Part shown: one piece after another, positions 47,514 to 57,840 of the stretch | How the letters are laid out: each line of letters starts with the position of its first letter | How positions within the stretch are numbered: position 1 is the stretch's first letter | Source of the DNA: Candidatus Zixiibacteriota bacterium | GTDB lineage: Bacteria > Zixibacteria > MSB-5A5 > WJJR01 > JAJRUJ01 | DNA length: 64,000 nt | Assembly: GCA_024277855.1 (NCBI GenBank) | Contig: JAJRUJ010000011.1 | Span: 4,817-68,816 of the forward strand | Direction: 5' to 3' | Made by a program: the position numbers and the translations under genes | The notes under the pieces: generated by a model | The model's input: the letters and a program-made list of their open reading frames with translations, nothing else | Told to the model about the DNA's origin: nothing | Databases searched by the model: none

Positions 47514-48293
47514 TCAGCCCTCAATTGCGCCGACTATCCGTGCGGTAAAGACAATTGCCGCTGTCTCGGTACGTAATCGTCGGGGGCCGAGGTTGACCGA
47601 ATATGCGCCATTTGTCCGCAGTTGAAAAATCTCCGTCGCACTCAAGCCACCCTCCGGGCCGACAATCAGGAGAATCTTACGGGCTGGTGAGACTAACTCG
47701 GTTGCCTGATCGAACGTAATTGACCCACGAGTTGGATCGGCAACAAGTATTCGGTGGTAATTATCAAATGTCCCGGCCAGGTCGACCAAAGAACGGATGG
47801 GGCCGACTTCCGGCCAGACCGAGCGTAAAGACTGCTTCATTGCCGCCAGCGTAACCCGGTGATAGCGATTTATTTTGCGTTTAGCAGCGGCAGGGTCATC
47901 GGTTTTGACTGCCGATTTTTCGGAGATGAAGGGGATAATTCGGCTGACACCCAGTTCGGTTGCTTTTTCGCAGGTGAGGTCAAATTTCCCTGCTTTGGAT
48001 AAACCAGCGGCAAGGGTTACCCTAACCGGTGGTTCGCCCCAATGTTTGACCGTCTTGAATACCCGGCAGACGAACTTGCGCGGGGAAGCCGAAATGACCT
48101 CGCACATATGGGCCAAGCCCTGTCCATCCACGACGGTAATCGGCATGCCCTCGGCAAGCCGGCAGACAGTTGCGGCATGTTTGGCTTCGGCCGGATCGAG
48201 CACAATTGTCCCATCCGCCCCGAGTGGCGGCGGAGCATAAAACGTCGTAATCTCGCCTCGCCGACGAGCGGGTTTATTTCCGGAATCTGCCAT
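47514..48293 (-). CDS. rsmE: 16S rRNA m3U1498 methyltransferase
   Basis: H-x-x-x-V-x-RL, EKATELGV, VGPEGG, LGPRRLRTETA. Confidence 0.93.
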   Translation of the reverse strand: MADSGNKPARRRGEITTFYAPPPLGADGTIVLDPAEAKHAATVCRLAEGMPITVVDGQGLAHMCEVISASPRKFVCRVFKTVKHWGEPPVRVTLAAGLSKAGKFDLTCEKATELGVSRIIPFISEKSAVKTDDPAAAKRKINRYHRVTLAAMKQSLRSVWPEVGPIRSLVDLAGTFDNYHRILVADPTRGSITFDQATELVSPARKILLIVGPEGGLSATEIFQLRTNGAYSVNLGPRRLRTETAAIVFTARIVGAIEG

Positions 48294-48310
48294 CTGCCCA
48301 ACCAAAACGA

Positions 48311-49741
48311 TCACGTTTCAAAATACAATTGCATCTCATAGGGGTGCGGCCGGTTGCGCACCGCCAGGTACTCGTGCTCATATTTATATTTTGCGTACGC
48401 TTTGACCATGTTTTCCGGGAAAACGTCGTTTTCGGTGAGATAATGATGGTCATCCTTGAGCGCCAGCAAAGCCCGACCAAGACTGTCCGGGAGTCTCCTG
48501 ATTTTTTCACGCTGTTCGCGGTTCCAGTGAAACACATCTTCGTCGATCGGCCCAAGACCCATTGAAGTCGGGTCAAGCTCCTGTTTCATTCCGTCCAGCC
48601 CTGCCAGCAGTTGTGCGGCAATGGCCAGGTAGATATTACAGGTTGCATCCGGGGGACGGAATTCCATCCGTTTGTCTTTGGGCGCGGTAGCATATTTGGG
48701 AATGCGGATGGCGGCGGAACGATTGGCCAGCGAGAAGAAACAATTTACCGGCGCTTCGTATCCGGGAATAAGCCGCTTATAGGAGTTCGTCGACGGGTTG
48801 GTCCAGGCCAGCAGGCCATCGGCATGATGAAGGATACCGGCGATATATGACTGTCCCTGTTTAGAAAGGCCGGCATATCCCTTTTTGTCGTAGAACAACG
48901 GCTTTTTACCCTTGAATAAATGCTGATGAAAGTGCATGCCCGAGCCGGCCTCTTCAAAAAGCGGTTTGGGCATGAACGTCGCCACCTGGTCGTTGCGGCT
49001 GGCAACCATTTTGACGATATACTTGGCCCACATCGTGCGGTCGGCGACGACCAGCGGTTCGTCGAGTTTCATCTCGATTTCCAATTGGCCGGGTCCGCCG
49101 ACTTCATGATGGTGGTAATGGACCGGAATACCGATCTCTTCCATCCGCTGGACCATCAATGAGCGCAGATTGTACAATTTGTCGCGGGGGGGGATTTCGT
49201 GGTAGCCGCCTTTTTGCGGGATCCAATAACCAAGATTTTGGTCTGAAGCTTCACCGGTATTCCAGAATGCCTCGACGGCGTCGATTTCGTAAAAAGACCG
49301 GTTGACCGAGGTGCCGTAGCGAACGTCGGAAAAAACATAAAACTCGAATTCCGGACCCCAGAGCGAGCGGTCGGCGAGTTTTGATTTTTTCATATACTCA
49401 TCGGCTTTTTTGAGGATACGCCGTGGATCCCGCTCATACGGTTCACGCGTATCGGCTTCGGCCAGGTCACAGATAAATGACATGGTCGGTCGATCCCAAA
49501 ACGGGTCGATAACACCGGTTGACAAGTCCGGGATACAGACCATATCACCGGCTTCAAGCGTCTTAAAGCCGGGGATCGATGAACCATCGAAACCGATGCC
49601 TTCGGTCATGATCTTCGGTGAAAGTGTAGAAGCCGGGATCGTGATATGCTGCCAGCCGCCGAAGAGGTTGCAAAATTTCAGATCGATTTGCACGATCTTG
49701 TTTTTCTTAATGAACGATTGCCATTCGCTCAGTGATTTCAT
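48311..49741 (-). CDS. glnA: Glutamine synthetase type I
   Basis: FDGSSI, GPEFEFY, HHHEVG, TFMPKP, GSGMHFHQ, NSYKRL-x-PGYEAP, NRSAAIRIP, EFRPPD. Confidence 0.96.
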   Translation of the reverse strand: MKSLSEWQSFIKKNKIVQIDLKFCNLFGGWQHITIPASTLSPKIMTEGIGFDGSSIPGFKTLEAGDMVCIPDLSTGVIDPFWDRPTMSFICDLAEADTREPYERDPRRILKKADEYMKKSKLADRSLWGPEFEFYVFSDVRYGTSVNRSFYEIDAVEAFWNTGEASDQNLGYWIPQKGGYHEIPPRDKLYNLRSLMVQRMEEIGIPVHYHHHEVGGPGQLEIEMKLDEPLVVADRTMWAKYIVKMVASRNDQVATFMPKPLFEEAGSGMHFHQHLFKGKKPLFYDKKGYAGLSKQGQSYIAGILHHADGLLAWTNPSTNSYKRLIPGYEAPVNCFFSLANRSAAIRIPKYATAPKDKRMEFRPPDATCNIYLAIAAQLLAGLDGMKQELDPTSMGLGPIDEDVFHWNREQREKIRRLPDSLGRALLALKDDHHYLTENDVFPENMVKAYAKYKYEHEYLAVRNRPHPYEMQLYFET

Positions 49742-50022
49742 CTGCCGGGCCTCCGAAAATTGCTGATCGCTATCGTCATGAGAATATAGGCGATTTGGTC
49801 CAACTCTGCCCCTGAATTTTGCGCTGATGCTGGCAAAACAAGAGACTTCCGGCGCGACTCAGTAATGGCCCTCCGATACCGGCAATGATCCCGCTGATGC
49901 TGGATAATTGAAAATCTGCCCCGGCCTTCTTTACACCAACCTGTCTGTATGCTATATTGTTGGTGGCAATCATGGATTTCCTGGCTCGCTGAGATGATCG
50001 CGGACGACAACGGGGTCATGTT

Positions 50023-51687
50023 ATGAGGCATACTGCCTCTTTACACACTCATTTGTTGTATCTGATTTTTTCTGTTGTCGCAACGGTGGTATGCCTGGTC
50101 ACCTCTGCCTCAGCGCAACAAATCTGGATCCGCGCTTATGAAACGCAGGAGGATCTTTGGGAATCCTATCAGGAAGGCGAAATTACCCTCGAACAATATC
50201 GCGACCTTCTGGCCCTGTTTCGCGCGGGCGCAGATTCGGTATTCCAGCCACTTGATGACATTGAGCAACTGCCGGGGTTTTCTCCACTCGACTCGATGCC
50301 GCGCCTGGCTCCACCGACCTTGCTCTTTCAGGCCAAGTCAAATACAAGAAGGCGAGTTGCCGGGTCAACTGAAATTCGTTGGGGATATACGCTCCCGGTG
50401 CGGGAGGAAACCGAGGAAGAAGGATACCTCATTAGTCGCTGGCGGTCGGAGAATGTGCGTCTCGTGCTCGATGGGCGGGCTGAGAATGGTCAATTGGCCG
50501 GTTTTCGCACCCGGGGTCTGGTGATCGGACGGGCGGATTCCGGCGTTCGTCTGACTTTGGGTAATTTCGAACCTCGCTACGGCCTGGGGCTGATCGTCGG
50601 TCGACGAGACCGGATTTTGGGTCGCACGGAAACAACACGTTTAACCGGATCATTCTGGCAGCCGACTTATTCGCGGTTTAATGGCGTGCAGTTCCAATCA
50701 CGTACGGTGGCCGGGCAAGTGGAGTCTTTTGTCTCTCGGTTGGAATCGGAAGACTTTCGTGAAGATTGCTATGCCGCCCATTTATCGGTTCAGCTCAATT
50801 CGGCAACGGCTTTCGGCCTTGCCTCGGTGATGACAGATCTGTCCCATCGCCAGGCAGGGCAAAGAGCAAGGCGAGTGGGAGTCGGTCCGTCACTATCGTA
50901 CAACGGAGCAGGGATCGAATCCTCGGCTGAAATCGGGATGCTGGACGGCGGCGATTATGCCGCAGCGTTGAAAATAATCCGCCGAAGTGCGAAGACTCGT
51001 GTGGCAATGACCCTGTGGTCATATGATCCTGAATATACACTCCCATCCTCCGGCGGGCCGGGACATCCCGGGCGCAATCGGATTCAGCTTTTTGCCGATG
51101 AGTTGGATTACTATTCCCGTACGGCGGGCGAGCAGGGGTGTTTGCTGAATGTGCGCGCACCCTGCGGCCTGATCGGTCGAGTCGAGAGCGACCTCCAAAT
51201 TTACAAAGACCGTCTCACCGGGACAAAGAATCTTGCCGGTAAGTTGGCCTGCAAATTTGCACCCGGCGGGGGGAACCGGATAACGGCCTATCTTCGCGGC
51301 CGTGATCGCAAAGGCGCCGGTCTTGACCAACAGCAGATGTATTATGGCCTAATCGGCCGTCGGCCGATTTTTGGCCGCAGCAAAGCCGGAATCCGGGTTG
51401 AGTATGGACGTACTAATTCTGCCGATGACCGGTTACGTGAATCACTGCGTTTAGAGTTGCGCGCCGGGATACCGCTTAACCGCCGGTTGCAGATCACCCC
51501 GCGTTGGCGGTACGTCGATCCCGATTTGTCGGCGGCAGGCGACGGGTATTATTATCTCTATATCACCGAGTCAGTCAATCCCGGCCAGTCGATCACTCTC
51601 CAATTTATTGCCACGGTTAAAGGGTATGAAAAAAGTGAAAATGAAACCTACGCGGATATTCGTTTGCGGATGCGGTGGCGACTATAG
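50023..51687 (+). CDS. Exported protein, probably an outer-membrane beta-barrel with a degenerate N-terminal helix-hairpin-helix (ComEA-like) segment
   Basis: Signal peptide ending ASA, LDDIEQLPGFS HhH-like segment, LTLGNFEPRYGLGL motif, amphipathic strands, C-terminal IRLRMRWRL. Confidence 0.6.
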   Translation: MRHTASLHTHLLYLIFSVVATVVCLVTSASAQQIWIRAYETQEDLWESYQEGEITLEQYRDLLALFRAGADSVFQPLDDIEQLPGFSPLDSMPRLAPPTLLFQAKSNTRRRVAGSTEIRWGYTLPVREETEEEGYLISRWRSENVRLVLDGRAENGQLAGFRTRGLVIGRADSGVRLTLGNFEPRYGLGLIVGRRDRILGRTETTRLTGSFWQPTYSRFNGVQFQSRTVAGQVESFVSRLESEDFREDCYAAHLSVQLNSATAFGLASVMTDLSHRQAGQRARRVGVGPSLSYNGAGIESSAEIGMLDGGDYAAALKIIRRSAKTRVAMTLWSYDPEYTLPSSGGPGHPGRNRIQLFADELDYYSRTAGEQGCLLNVRAPCGLIGRVESDLQIYKDRLTGTKNLAGKLACKFAPGGGNRITAYLRGRDRKGAGLDQQQMYYGLIGRRPIFGRSKAGIRVEYGRTNSADDRLRESLRLELRAGIPLNRRLQITPRWRYVDPDLSAAGDGYYYLYITESVNPGQSITLQFIATVKGYEKSENETYADIRLRMRWRL

Positions 51688-51702
51688 GTCGGGGTGGGTG
51701 GT

Positions 51703-53400
51703 ATGATGAGTAAATTTCAGCGAAGACACAGAGCGGCGATTGTCCTGATGGCTGCTATATTTCCTTTCCTGCTTATGGCCGTTGCACAGGCGGCATCGCC
51801 GGTGGTGATCAATGAAGTTCTGGCGAATGAACCGGGTTCAGCGGTGGTGCTGGAATGGGTGGAATTGCATAATCGAACAGACTCCTCCATTACCCTGGCA
51901 AACTTTGTTTTCGTCGATGGGAATGATACGACTGCTCTTGCGGAGATGACCCTTTCCCCGGGGGGATACGGTATTCTGGCCCGGCGGTTGACCGCCGGCC
52001 CCGGCGAGAACTCGTTTGAGTCAACATGGGGTGATGGTTCGGGCATCTGGGGTGACGATGCTACTGAGCAGTATCCCGCGCTGGCGGCGACGATGAGTCT
52101 GCGTAACACGGCGGATACGGTGGCGTTGTACCACGGGCATGAATCATCGCGGCTATTCTGGTCAAACAGTGCGGACGACGGTATCTCACTCGAACGGATT
52201 CTACCGGAAAGCCCGGATGAATCGGAGTCATTTGTTTATTCCGCCGACCCCGATGGCTCGACACCGGGACGAATCAATTCAGCCACCCCGAGACCCAACG
52301 ACCTTGCTTTCGATACGACCGGTATCACAATTACGCCATATCCACCCCGCGAATATGAACCGTTGACCTTCTCGTTTACGGTCGTCAATATTGGGTTGGA
52401 TATTTCCACCGCCAATTATGTGCGGATCGCCGACGATTTCAATTTCGACTGCCTGTTGACTGAGAATGAAATTCTGGATTCTCTCGGAATTCCCGCGCTG
52501 CAACCCGGACAAGCGTACCCGGTTTCGTCTGAGGGGTCATTTGCCGGTGGGTTTCACCAGGTGGTTGTCGAAATCGGTCAGGATGACGATACGACGGACA
52601 ACCACTTTGTCCGGCAGTTTAAGGTCGCCTACGGTCAACCGGAGATAGTGATTAATGAGTATCTCCCGGACCCTCTTCCCGGCAAGTCGGAAGAATGGAT
52701 TGAGCTTTACAATCGGAGTGAAACTCCGGTTGACCTGGCCGGTTGGCAAATAGGCGATTCTGTTGCGCAGAGTTTTATCACAGAGGATGTACTGGTCTTG
52801 CCGCCGGGAGAGTTTTTGGTGGTTTGCGAACAACTCGATGCATTCACGCTGGTCTATCCGGAGACCGCACCTGCCCGGGTAGTCGAAGTCAATGGCTGGC
52901 GGACGTTAAACAATACCGGTGATCGGATCGTCCTGGTGGACGATTTTGGTTATGTCGTCGATTCGTTGCGCTACGCCGAAATGTATGGGGGCGAACGTTC
53001 GATTGAGCGAATTGATCCGGACGGCCCGTCGGGTAATCCGGCAAATTGGTGGGGATCGGTCGATCCTGCCGGGGCCACTCCGGGGGCGGAAAATTCCACC
53101 GCCGTGGACTATACCGACGATTTACAGGTCTCGATTTCACCTAACCCGTTTGTCCGGGGTTCCATGGTTGAAATTCATTATGGTGTGCCGTTGTTAACGA
53201 TGATGAGCGCGGCGATATATGATCTCAACGGGCGAATGGTGAAATCACTATTGGAGGATGAACCGGTGGTCTCGGGCATGCTCGTCTGGGAGGGAGCCGA
53301 TGGTCATGGCCTGGCGTTGCCTCCGGGAATCTATGTGGCCTTTTTTGAAACTGAGGCGGGTGCACGGCGGAAAATACCCATTGCCGTGCGCCCGGAGTAG
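51703..53400 (+). CDS. Secreted protein with two lamin-tail domains, a CARDB-like domain and a FlgD-Ig/T9SS-like C-terminus
   Basis: VVINEV...EWVELHN...SLER...TPGRINS and IVINEY...EWIELYN...SIER...TPGAENS. C-terminal ISPNPF...IYDLNGR...PGIY. Confidence 0.85.
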   Translation: MMSKFQRRHRAAIVLMAAIFPFLLMAVAQAASPVVINEVLANEPGSAVVLEWVELHNRTDSSITLANFVFVDGNDTTALAEMTLSPGGYGILARRLTAGPGENSFESTWGDGSGIWGDDATEQYPALAATMSLRNTADTVALYHGHESSRLFWSNSADDGISLERILPESPDESESFVYSADPDGSTPGRINSATPRPNDLAFDTTGITITPYPPREYEPLTFSFTVVNIGLDISTANYVRIADDFNFDCLLTENEILDSLGIPALQPGQAYPVSSEGSFAGGFHQVVVEIGQDDDTTDNHFVRQFKVAYGQPEIVINEYLPDPLPGKSEEWIELYNRSETPVDLAGWQIGDSVAQSFITEDVLVLPPGEFLVVCEQLDAFTLVYPETAPARVVEVNGWRTLNNTGDRIVLVDDFGYVVDSLRYAEMYGGERSIERIDPDGPSGNPANWWGSVDPAGATPGAENSTAVDYTDDLQVSISPNPFVRGSMVEIHYGVPLLTMMSAAIYDLNGRMVKSLLEDEPVVSGMLVWEGADGHGLALPPGIYVAFFETEAGARRKIPIAVRPE

Positions 53401-53403
53401 AAA

Positions 53404-54261
53404 ATGAGTCGCATGATCGACAGTATTTACAGTTGTCCGGTTTCACTGTTTGCGGTTCTTATCACTCTGCTCTTGACGCCGCAATCTTTACCGGCGCAAT
53501 CGGGAGCGTTTGGCGGGGTTTTCGACGCAGGAGCGCTTGTCGCGGTCGGCAATAGTGACGCCGCCCGTCCGGGCCAGGCGGTCGCAATTTTAAATAATCC
53601 TGCCCAGGTGGTCATCGGCGGGAAATGGTCGGCGGCGGCTGGATACCACCGACTATATGAACTCGAATATCTGCAACGTTCCTGGGGAGCCGCCAAATTT
53701 CGCGGAGACCGCTGGGGTGTAGGATTATCCGTGTCACGATTCGGCAAGGAGGAGTTTTATACCGAGACAGAAACCGCAATGGCGATCGGGGTGCGACCAT
53801 GCGACAGATTCGCCTTCGGCGTCGAGGTCAAAAATTTAAGGTTGGCTTATACTCCTGATGCGCCGAATTATGTGGACTGGTCGGCCGGGATTGGTGTGGT
53901 TGGCCGGCCACTCTCGGCGGTGACGGTAACGGGCACGGTTGGTGGTATTGGCCTCGGGAATTTCCTGCCCGGATACGATCTCCCCCGGGAGTACCGACTT
54001 TCGGCGGCGGCCGATTTGGCCGGCGACATCCGTTTGTGTGGTTCCTGGACACAACAGGAGGATGATCGAGATATCCTCGCCCTTGGGCAGCGAATCGGCC
54101 TGTCGGATAGTTTTGCCTTCACCTCGGCGGTTTATTTTGAGCCGGCCCGCTATGCCCTCGGCGGGGAGTTTATTTTAAGCGGGCAGACAATTTATTATAC
54201 CTATCTCTCACATTCAGAGTTGGGCGGGTCGCATTACCTGGAATTTGAGGTGAACAGATGA
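53404..54261 (+). CDS. PorV/PorQ-like small outer-membrane beta-barrel
   Basis: Signal peptide, A-x-G-x-S...NPAQ plug motif, alternating strands, C-terminal HSELGGSHYLEF. Confidence 0.7.
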   Translation: MSRMIDSIYSCPVSLFAVLITLLLTPQSLPAQSGAFGGVFDAGALVAVGNSDAARPGQAVAILNNPAQVVIGGKWSAAAGYHRLYELEYLQRSWGAAKFRGDRWGVGLSVSRFGKEEFYTETETAMAIGVRPCDRFAFGVEVKNLRLAYTPDAPNYVDWSAGIGVVGRPLSAVTVTGTVGGIGLGNFLPGYDLPREYRLSAAADLAGDIRLCGSWTQQEDDRDILALGQRIGLSDSFAFTSAVYFEPARYALGGEFILSGQTIYYTYLSHSELGGSHYLEFEVNR

Positions 54262-54273
54262 GCGGTATCCAGT

Positions 54274-56424
54274 TCAAAAGCGTGTGCGATGTCGGTCTTT
54301 GTTGTCTTTTTGCTGACGATGATCGGAGACATCAAAGCGGTGCAGCGGGCAATAATTAAGGGTATCCGCCGGATCGAGAAAGACCTCGGGGTAAGTATCG
54401 ATACAAAAATCAGTGGCAATATATCCTGTTTCGCGACAGACCTCTTTTTCATACACACCATCCGGTATTTCGAATGCCAGTTCCGGGAGTGAGTCGTGGG
54501 CGGCGATCATAAACTTAGTCCAGATCGGTAACGCGGTTGCCGCCCCGGTGCCGGTATGATACCCGCCGATCGGCGTTTTCAAATCATATCCGACCCAGAC
54601 CCCCGCCGTGATTTGCGGGGTGAATCCCATGAACCAGTTGTCCATGTAGGAGTCGGTTGTCCCGGTTTTGCCGCCGGCCGGACGAGTAAATCCCCGCCAG
54701 CGCATGCCCTTACCTGTGCCCTCACGGGCAACGCTTTCCAGGACACTCGTAACGATATAGGCGGTTTTGGCCGACAGGGCTTCCTGTTTCTGAGCCACCG
54801 CGTTAATTTCCAGCGGATTGCCATAGCGATCGAGGATCTTCTTGATAAGCCGGGGAGTTGTGTGAATGCCGCCATTGGGAAAACAGGCATAGGCCTCGAC
54901 CATCTCGGAAAGATAAACTTCCGACGCACCGATCGCCAGCGTCGGCACGGGCAGCAGGTCACTTCGGATTCCCATCTGGTGAGCATAGAAAATCGCCCGT
55001 TTTGGATCAATTTGTTGCAGGAGTTTTATCGAGATTAAATTGCGTGAATCGGCGATCCCCGCCCGCAAGGTCATCTTGCCTTTGAATTTCAAATCGAAAT
55101 TGTGGGGCCGCCATTCCGGTGTGCCGGGAATGGACAGCACTATCGGCGAATCGTACAGCGTATCCGAGGGCATGAATCCCGCTTCAATTGCCGCGGTGAC
55201 CACAAATGGTTTGAACGATGAGCCGGGCTGACGGTGTGCCTGGGTGGCGCGATTCCACTGACTTTCGGCGAAACTCCGACCGCCGACGATCACCAGAACA
55301 TCGCCGGTCTTATTGTCCAGCGCATACAACGCGGCCTGAAGTTTTTTGTGGACAAAAGTGGTATCGCCCGTTTCCGGGTCGATTTTGGTTAAATAGTATT
55401 CCGGGTTTTTCTCGGGGGTATGCTTTGCCTCGGCACTGGCCCGCAGTGAATCGATACTTTGCCGGATGAAACGCTCCGCGGCTTCCTGCAATCCAAAATC
55501 CATCGTGGTGTAAATTTCCAGGCCGTCGGAATAGAGACCGCTGACGCCGTAATTTTTCTCGATATATCGCCGGATTTCCTCCGAAAAATACTCGCCGACG
55601 CCATACTCTACGGTTGCCGGTTTTATCCGCAATGGCAGGACACGCAAACTGTCAAATTGTTCTTGAGTAATCTTGCCGAAGTCGCGCATTGAGGCCAACA
55701 CGACATTTCGCCGGCGATAGGCCCGGGTGGGATTTCGCAACGGCGCATAGCGATTTGGGGCCTTGAATGTGGCGGCAAGAACCGCGCAATCGAGAATATC
55801 CAACTCATTGATATCTTTGGAAAAATATGTCTGGGCGGCAGATTTGACACCATACGCGCCGCTGCCGAAATTATAGAGATTGAGATACATCTCCAGGATT
55901 TCATTTTTTGAGTAGGTGCGTTCGATCTTGATTGCCGTCAGCAGTTCTTTGATTTTGCGGGTGAGCGTCCGTTCCGGGGTCAAAAACAGCATGCGGGCCA
56001 ATTGCTGAGTGACGGTGGACCCGCCCTGGGTGATCCCGCCCCGACGGATATTAACCACAATCGCCCGGGCAAGTCCGGTCCAATCGAAACCCCAATGATC
56101 GTAAAACTTGCGGTCCTCAGTGGCCAACAGAGCATCAATGAGCGGTTGCGGCAGCTCGTCGTAGCGGGCCAACATCCGTCGCTCCCGATAGAATTGCTTG
56201 AACAATCGCCCGTTCCGATCATAGACTTTTGCTGGAAGAATCGGCGTGATATTATAAATCTGTTCGATCGAGGGGAGATCTTCCTGGTAGGTCTTGATCG
56301 TGCGTACGGCGACAAATGCCAACATGATTGCCACGAGGACCGCGCCCGCCAGCCAGAAGCGAGGATGGAAGAGAAATCGTCCTTTCGCGGGTGTCCGTCC
56401 CTTTTTCCCCCTGATTATTCCCAT
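54274..56424 (-). CDS. mrcA: Class A penicillin-binding protein (PBP1A family)
   Basis: EDRKFYDHWG, GGSTVTQQL, RKIKE in the GT51 domain. GSSFKP, SRN and KTGTT transpeptidase motifs. Confidence 0.93.
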   Translation of the reverse strand: MGIIRGKKGRTPAKGRFLFHPRFWLAGAVLVAIMLAFVAVRTIKTYQEDLPSIEQIYNITPILPAKVYDRNGRLFKQFYRERRMLARYDELPQPLIDALLATEDRKFYDHWGFDWTGLARAIVVNIRRGGITQGGSTVTQQLARMLFLTPERTLTRKIKELLTAIKIERTYSKNEILEMYLNLYNFGSGAYGVKSAAQTYFSKDINELDILDCAVLAATFKAPNRYAPLRNPTRAYRRRNVVLASMRDFGKITQEQFDSLRVLPLRIKPATVEYGVGEYFSEEIRRYIEKNYGVSGLYSDGLEIYTTMDFGLQEAAERFIRQSIDSLRASAEAKHTPEKNPEYYLTKIDPETGDTTFVHKKLQAALYALDNKTGDVLVIVGGRSFAESQWNRATQAHRQPGSSFKPFVVTAAIEAGFMPSDTLYDSPIVLSIPGTPEWRPHNFDLKFKGKMTLRAGIADSRNLISIKLLQQIDPKRAIFYAHQMGIRSDLLPVPTLAIGASEVYLSEMVEAYACFPNGGIHTTPRLIKKILDRYGNPLEINAVAQKQEALSAKTAYIVTSVLESVAREGTGKGMRWRGFTRPAGGKTGTTDSYMDNWFMGFTPQITAGVWVGYDLKTPIGGYHTGTGAATALPIWTKFMIAAHDSLPELAFEIPDGVYEKEVCRETGYIATDFCIDTYPEVFLDPADTLNYCPLHRFDVSDHRQQKDNKDRHRTRF

Positions 56425-56576
56425 ATGGCTGTCCTGTCGGTCTGTCTCGATCCCATCCTTCTCAATAAGCAGGAGTCGGGGAGACCAGTGGTCAAGCAAA
56501 AAGCACTTGCCATTCGATTTTTCGGTCGATAATTATAACATACTGGCGCCGGTAGGTTCCGGCGCCGGTTTTGATT

Positions 56577-57791
56577 ATGCAAAATGTCGCCGAACAAATA
56601 CGGATCATTTCCTCGGGCACAGTGGAAATCCTGCCTGAGGGGGGGTTGGAACAACGGCTGACCGCAGCGGTCAAGACCGGCCGACCCCTGCGGGTGAAAC
56701 AGGGGTTTGATCCGACCGCGCCGGATATCCACCTCGGCCATACCGTCGGGTTGCGCAAGCTCAAACAGTTCCAGGACCTCGGCCACACAATTGTGTTGAT
56801 CGTCGGGGATTATACCGGCATGGTCGGCGATCCTTCCGGTCGCTCGGCCACCCGGCCCCGACTGACCGAGGAGCAGGTCGAAGAGAATGCGCAGACTTAT
56901 CTGAGGCAGTGTTTTAAGGTTCTGGACGAGTCGAAGACTGAGGTACATAAAAACGGTGAGTGGTTTAGCAAGATGCCGTTCGCCGAGATCATGTTCCTTG
57001 CCTCGCAGATCACCGTTTCGCGGATGCTCGAACGGGATGATTTTGACAAGCGGTTCAAGGCCGAGGCGCCGATCTCGATCCACGAGATGTTTTATCCGCT
57101 GATGCAGGCCTATGATTCGGTGGCGATAAAAGCGGATATCGAAATCGGCGGAACCGACCAGAAATTCAACTTGTTGGCCGGTCGGCAGATTCAGGAGGCC
57201 TATAAACAGCCGCCACAAATCGTGCTGACCCTGCCGATCCTGGTGGGCACCGATGGGGTCCAGCGGATGAGTAAGTCGCTGGGGAATTATATCGGCGTAG
57301 ACGATCCGCCCAACCAGATTTTCGGCAAAACCATGTCGATTCCCGACGATGCCATCGTCCAGTATTTCCAATTGGCGACTGATCTTGACCCGGCCGAAGT
57401 CGAGAAAATCCAGCGGGAACTCGAAGCGGGGTCGGTTAACCCGATGGAACGTAAAAAAGACCTGGCCGAAACGCTGGTGCGGATGTATTACGACGAAGCA
57501 ACCGGAAGCCGGGAACGCGATAATTTTACGCAGACATTTTCACAGAAGAAACGGCCGGAAAAAGTCGACGAAGTCATCCGGGAGAAGCCGGGGCAGAGAG
57601 TCAGTGTCCTCACTTTGGCGATGGACAGTGGATTCCCGAAATCCAAAGGCGAAGCACGCAGGATGATCGCCCAGGGCGGGTTTTATGTCGATGATGACCG
57701 TCAGAGTGACCCCTTCGCCGAGTTATCGACAGCCAGTCCTTTATTTGTAAAATATGGTAAGAAAAAATTCGTTATTGTTGTATATAAGTAA
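56577..57791 (+). CDS. tyrS: Tyrosyl-tRNA synthetase
   Basis: GFDPTAPDIHLGH, GDPSGR, YPLMQAYD, GGTDQ, RMSKS, C-terminal S4 domain. Confidence 0.97.
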   Translation: MQNVAEQIRIISSGTVEILPEGGLEQRLTAAVKTGRPLRVKQGFDPTAPDIHLGHTVGLRKLKQFQDLGHTIVLIVGDYTGMVGDPSGRSATRPRLTEEQVEENAQTYLRQCFKVLDESKTEVHKNGEWFSKMPFAEIMFLASQITVSRMLERDDFDKRFKAEAPISIHEMFYPLMQAYDSVAIKADIEIGGTDQKFNLLAGRQIQEAYKQPPQIVLTLPILVGTDGVQRMSKSLGNYIGVDDPPNQIFGKTMSIPDDAIVQYFQLATDLDPAEVEKIQRELEAGSVNPMERKKDLAETLVRMYYDEATGSRERDNFTQTFSQKKRPEKVDEVIREKPGQRVSVLTLAMDSGFPKSKGEARRMIAQGGFYVDDDRQSDPFAELSTASPLFVKYGKKKFVIVVYK

Positions 57792-57840
57792 ACCCCCGAC
57801 ATTACTTTCCGGGTCGGGTTGGATGATCAACAGGTGAGCG

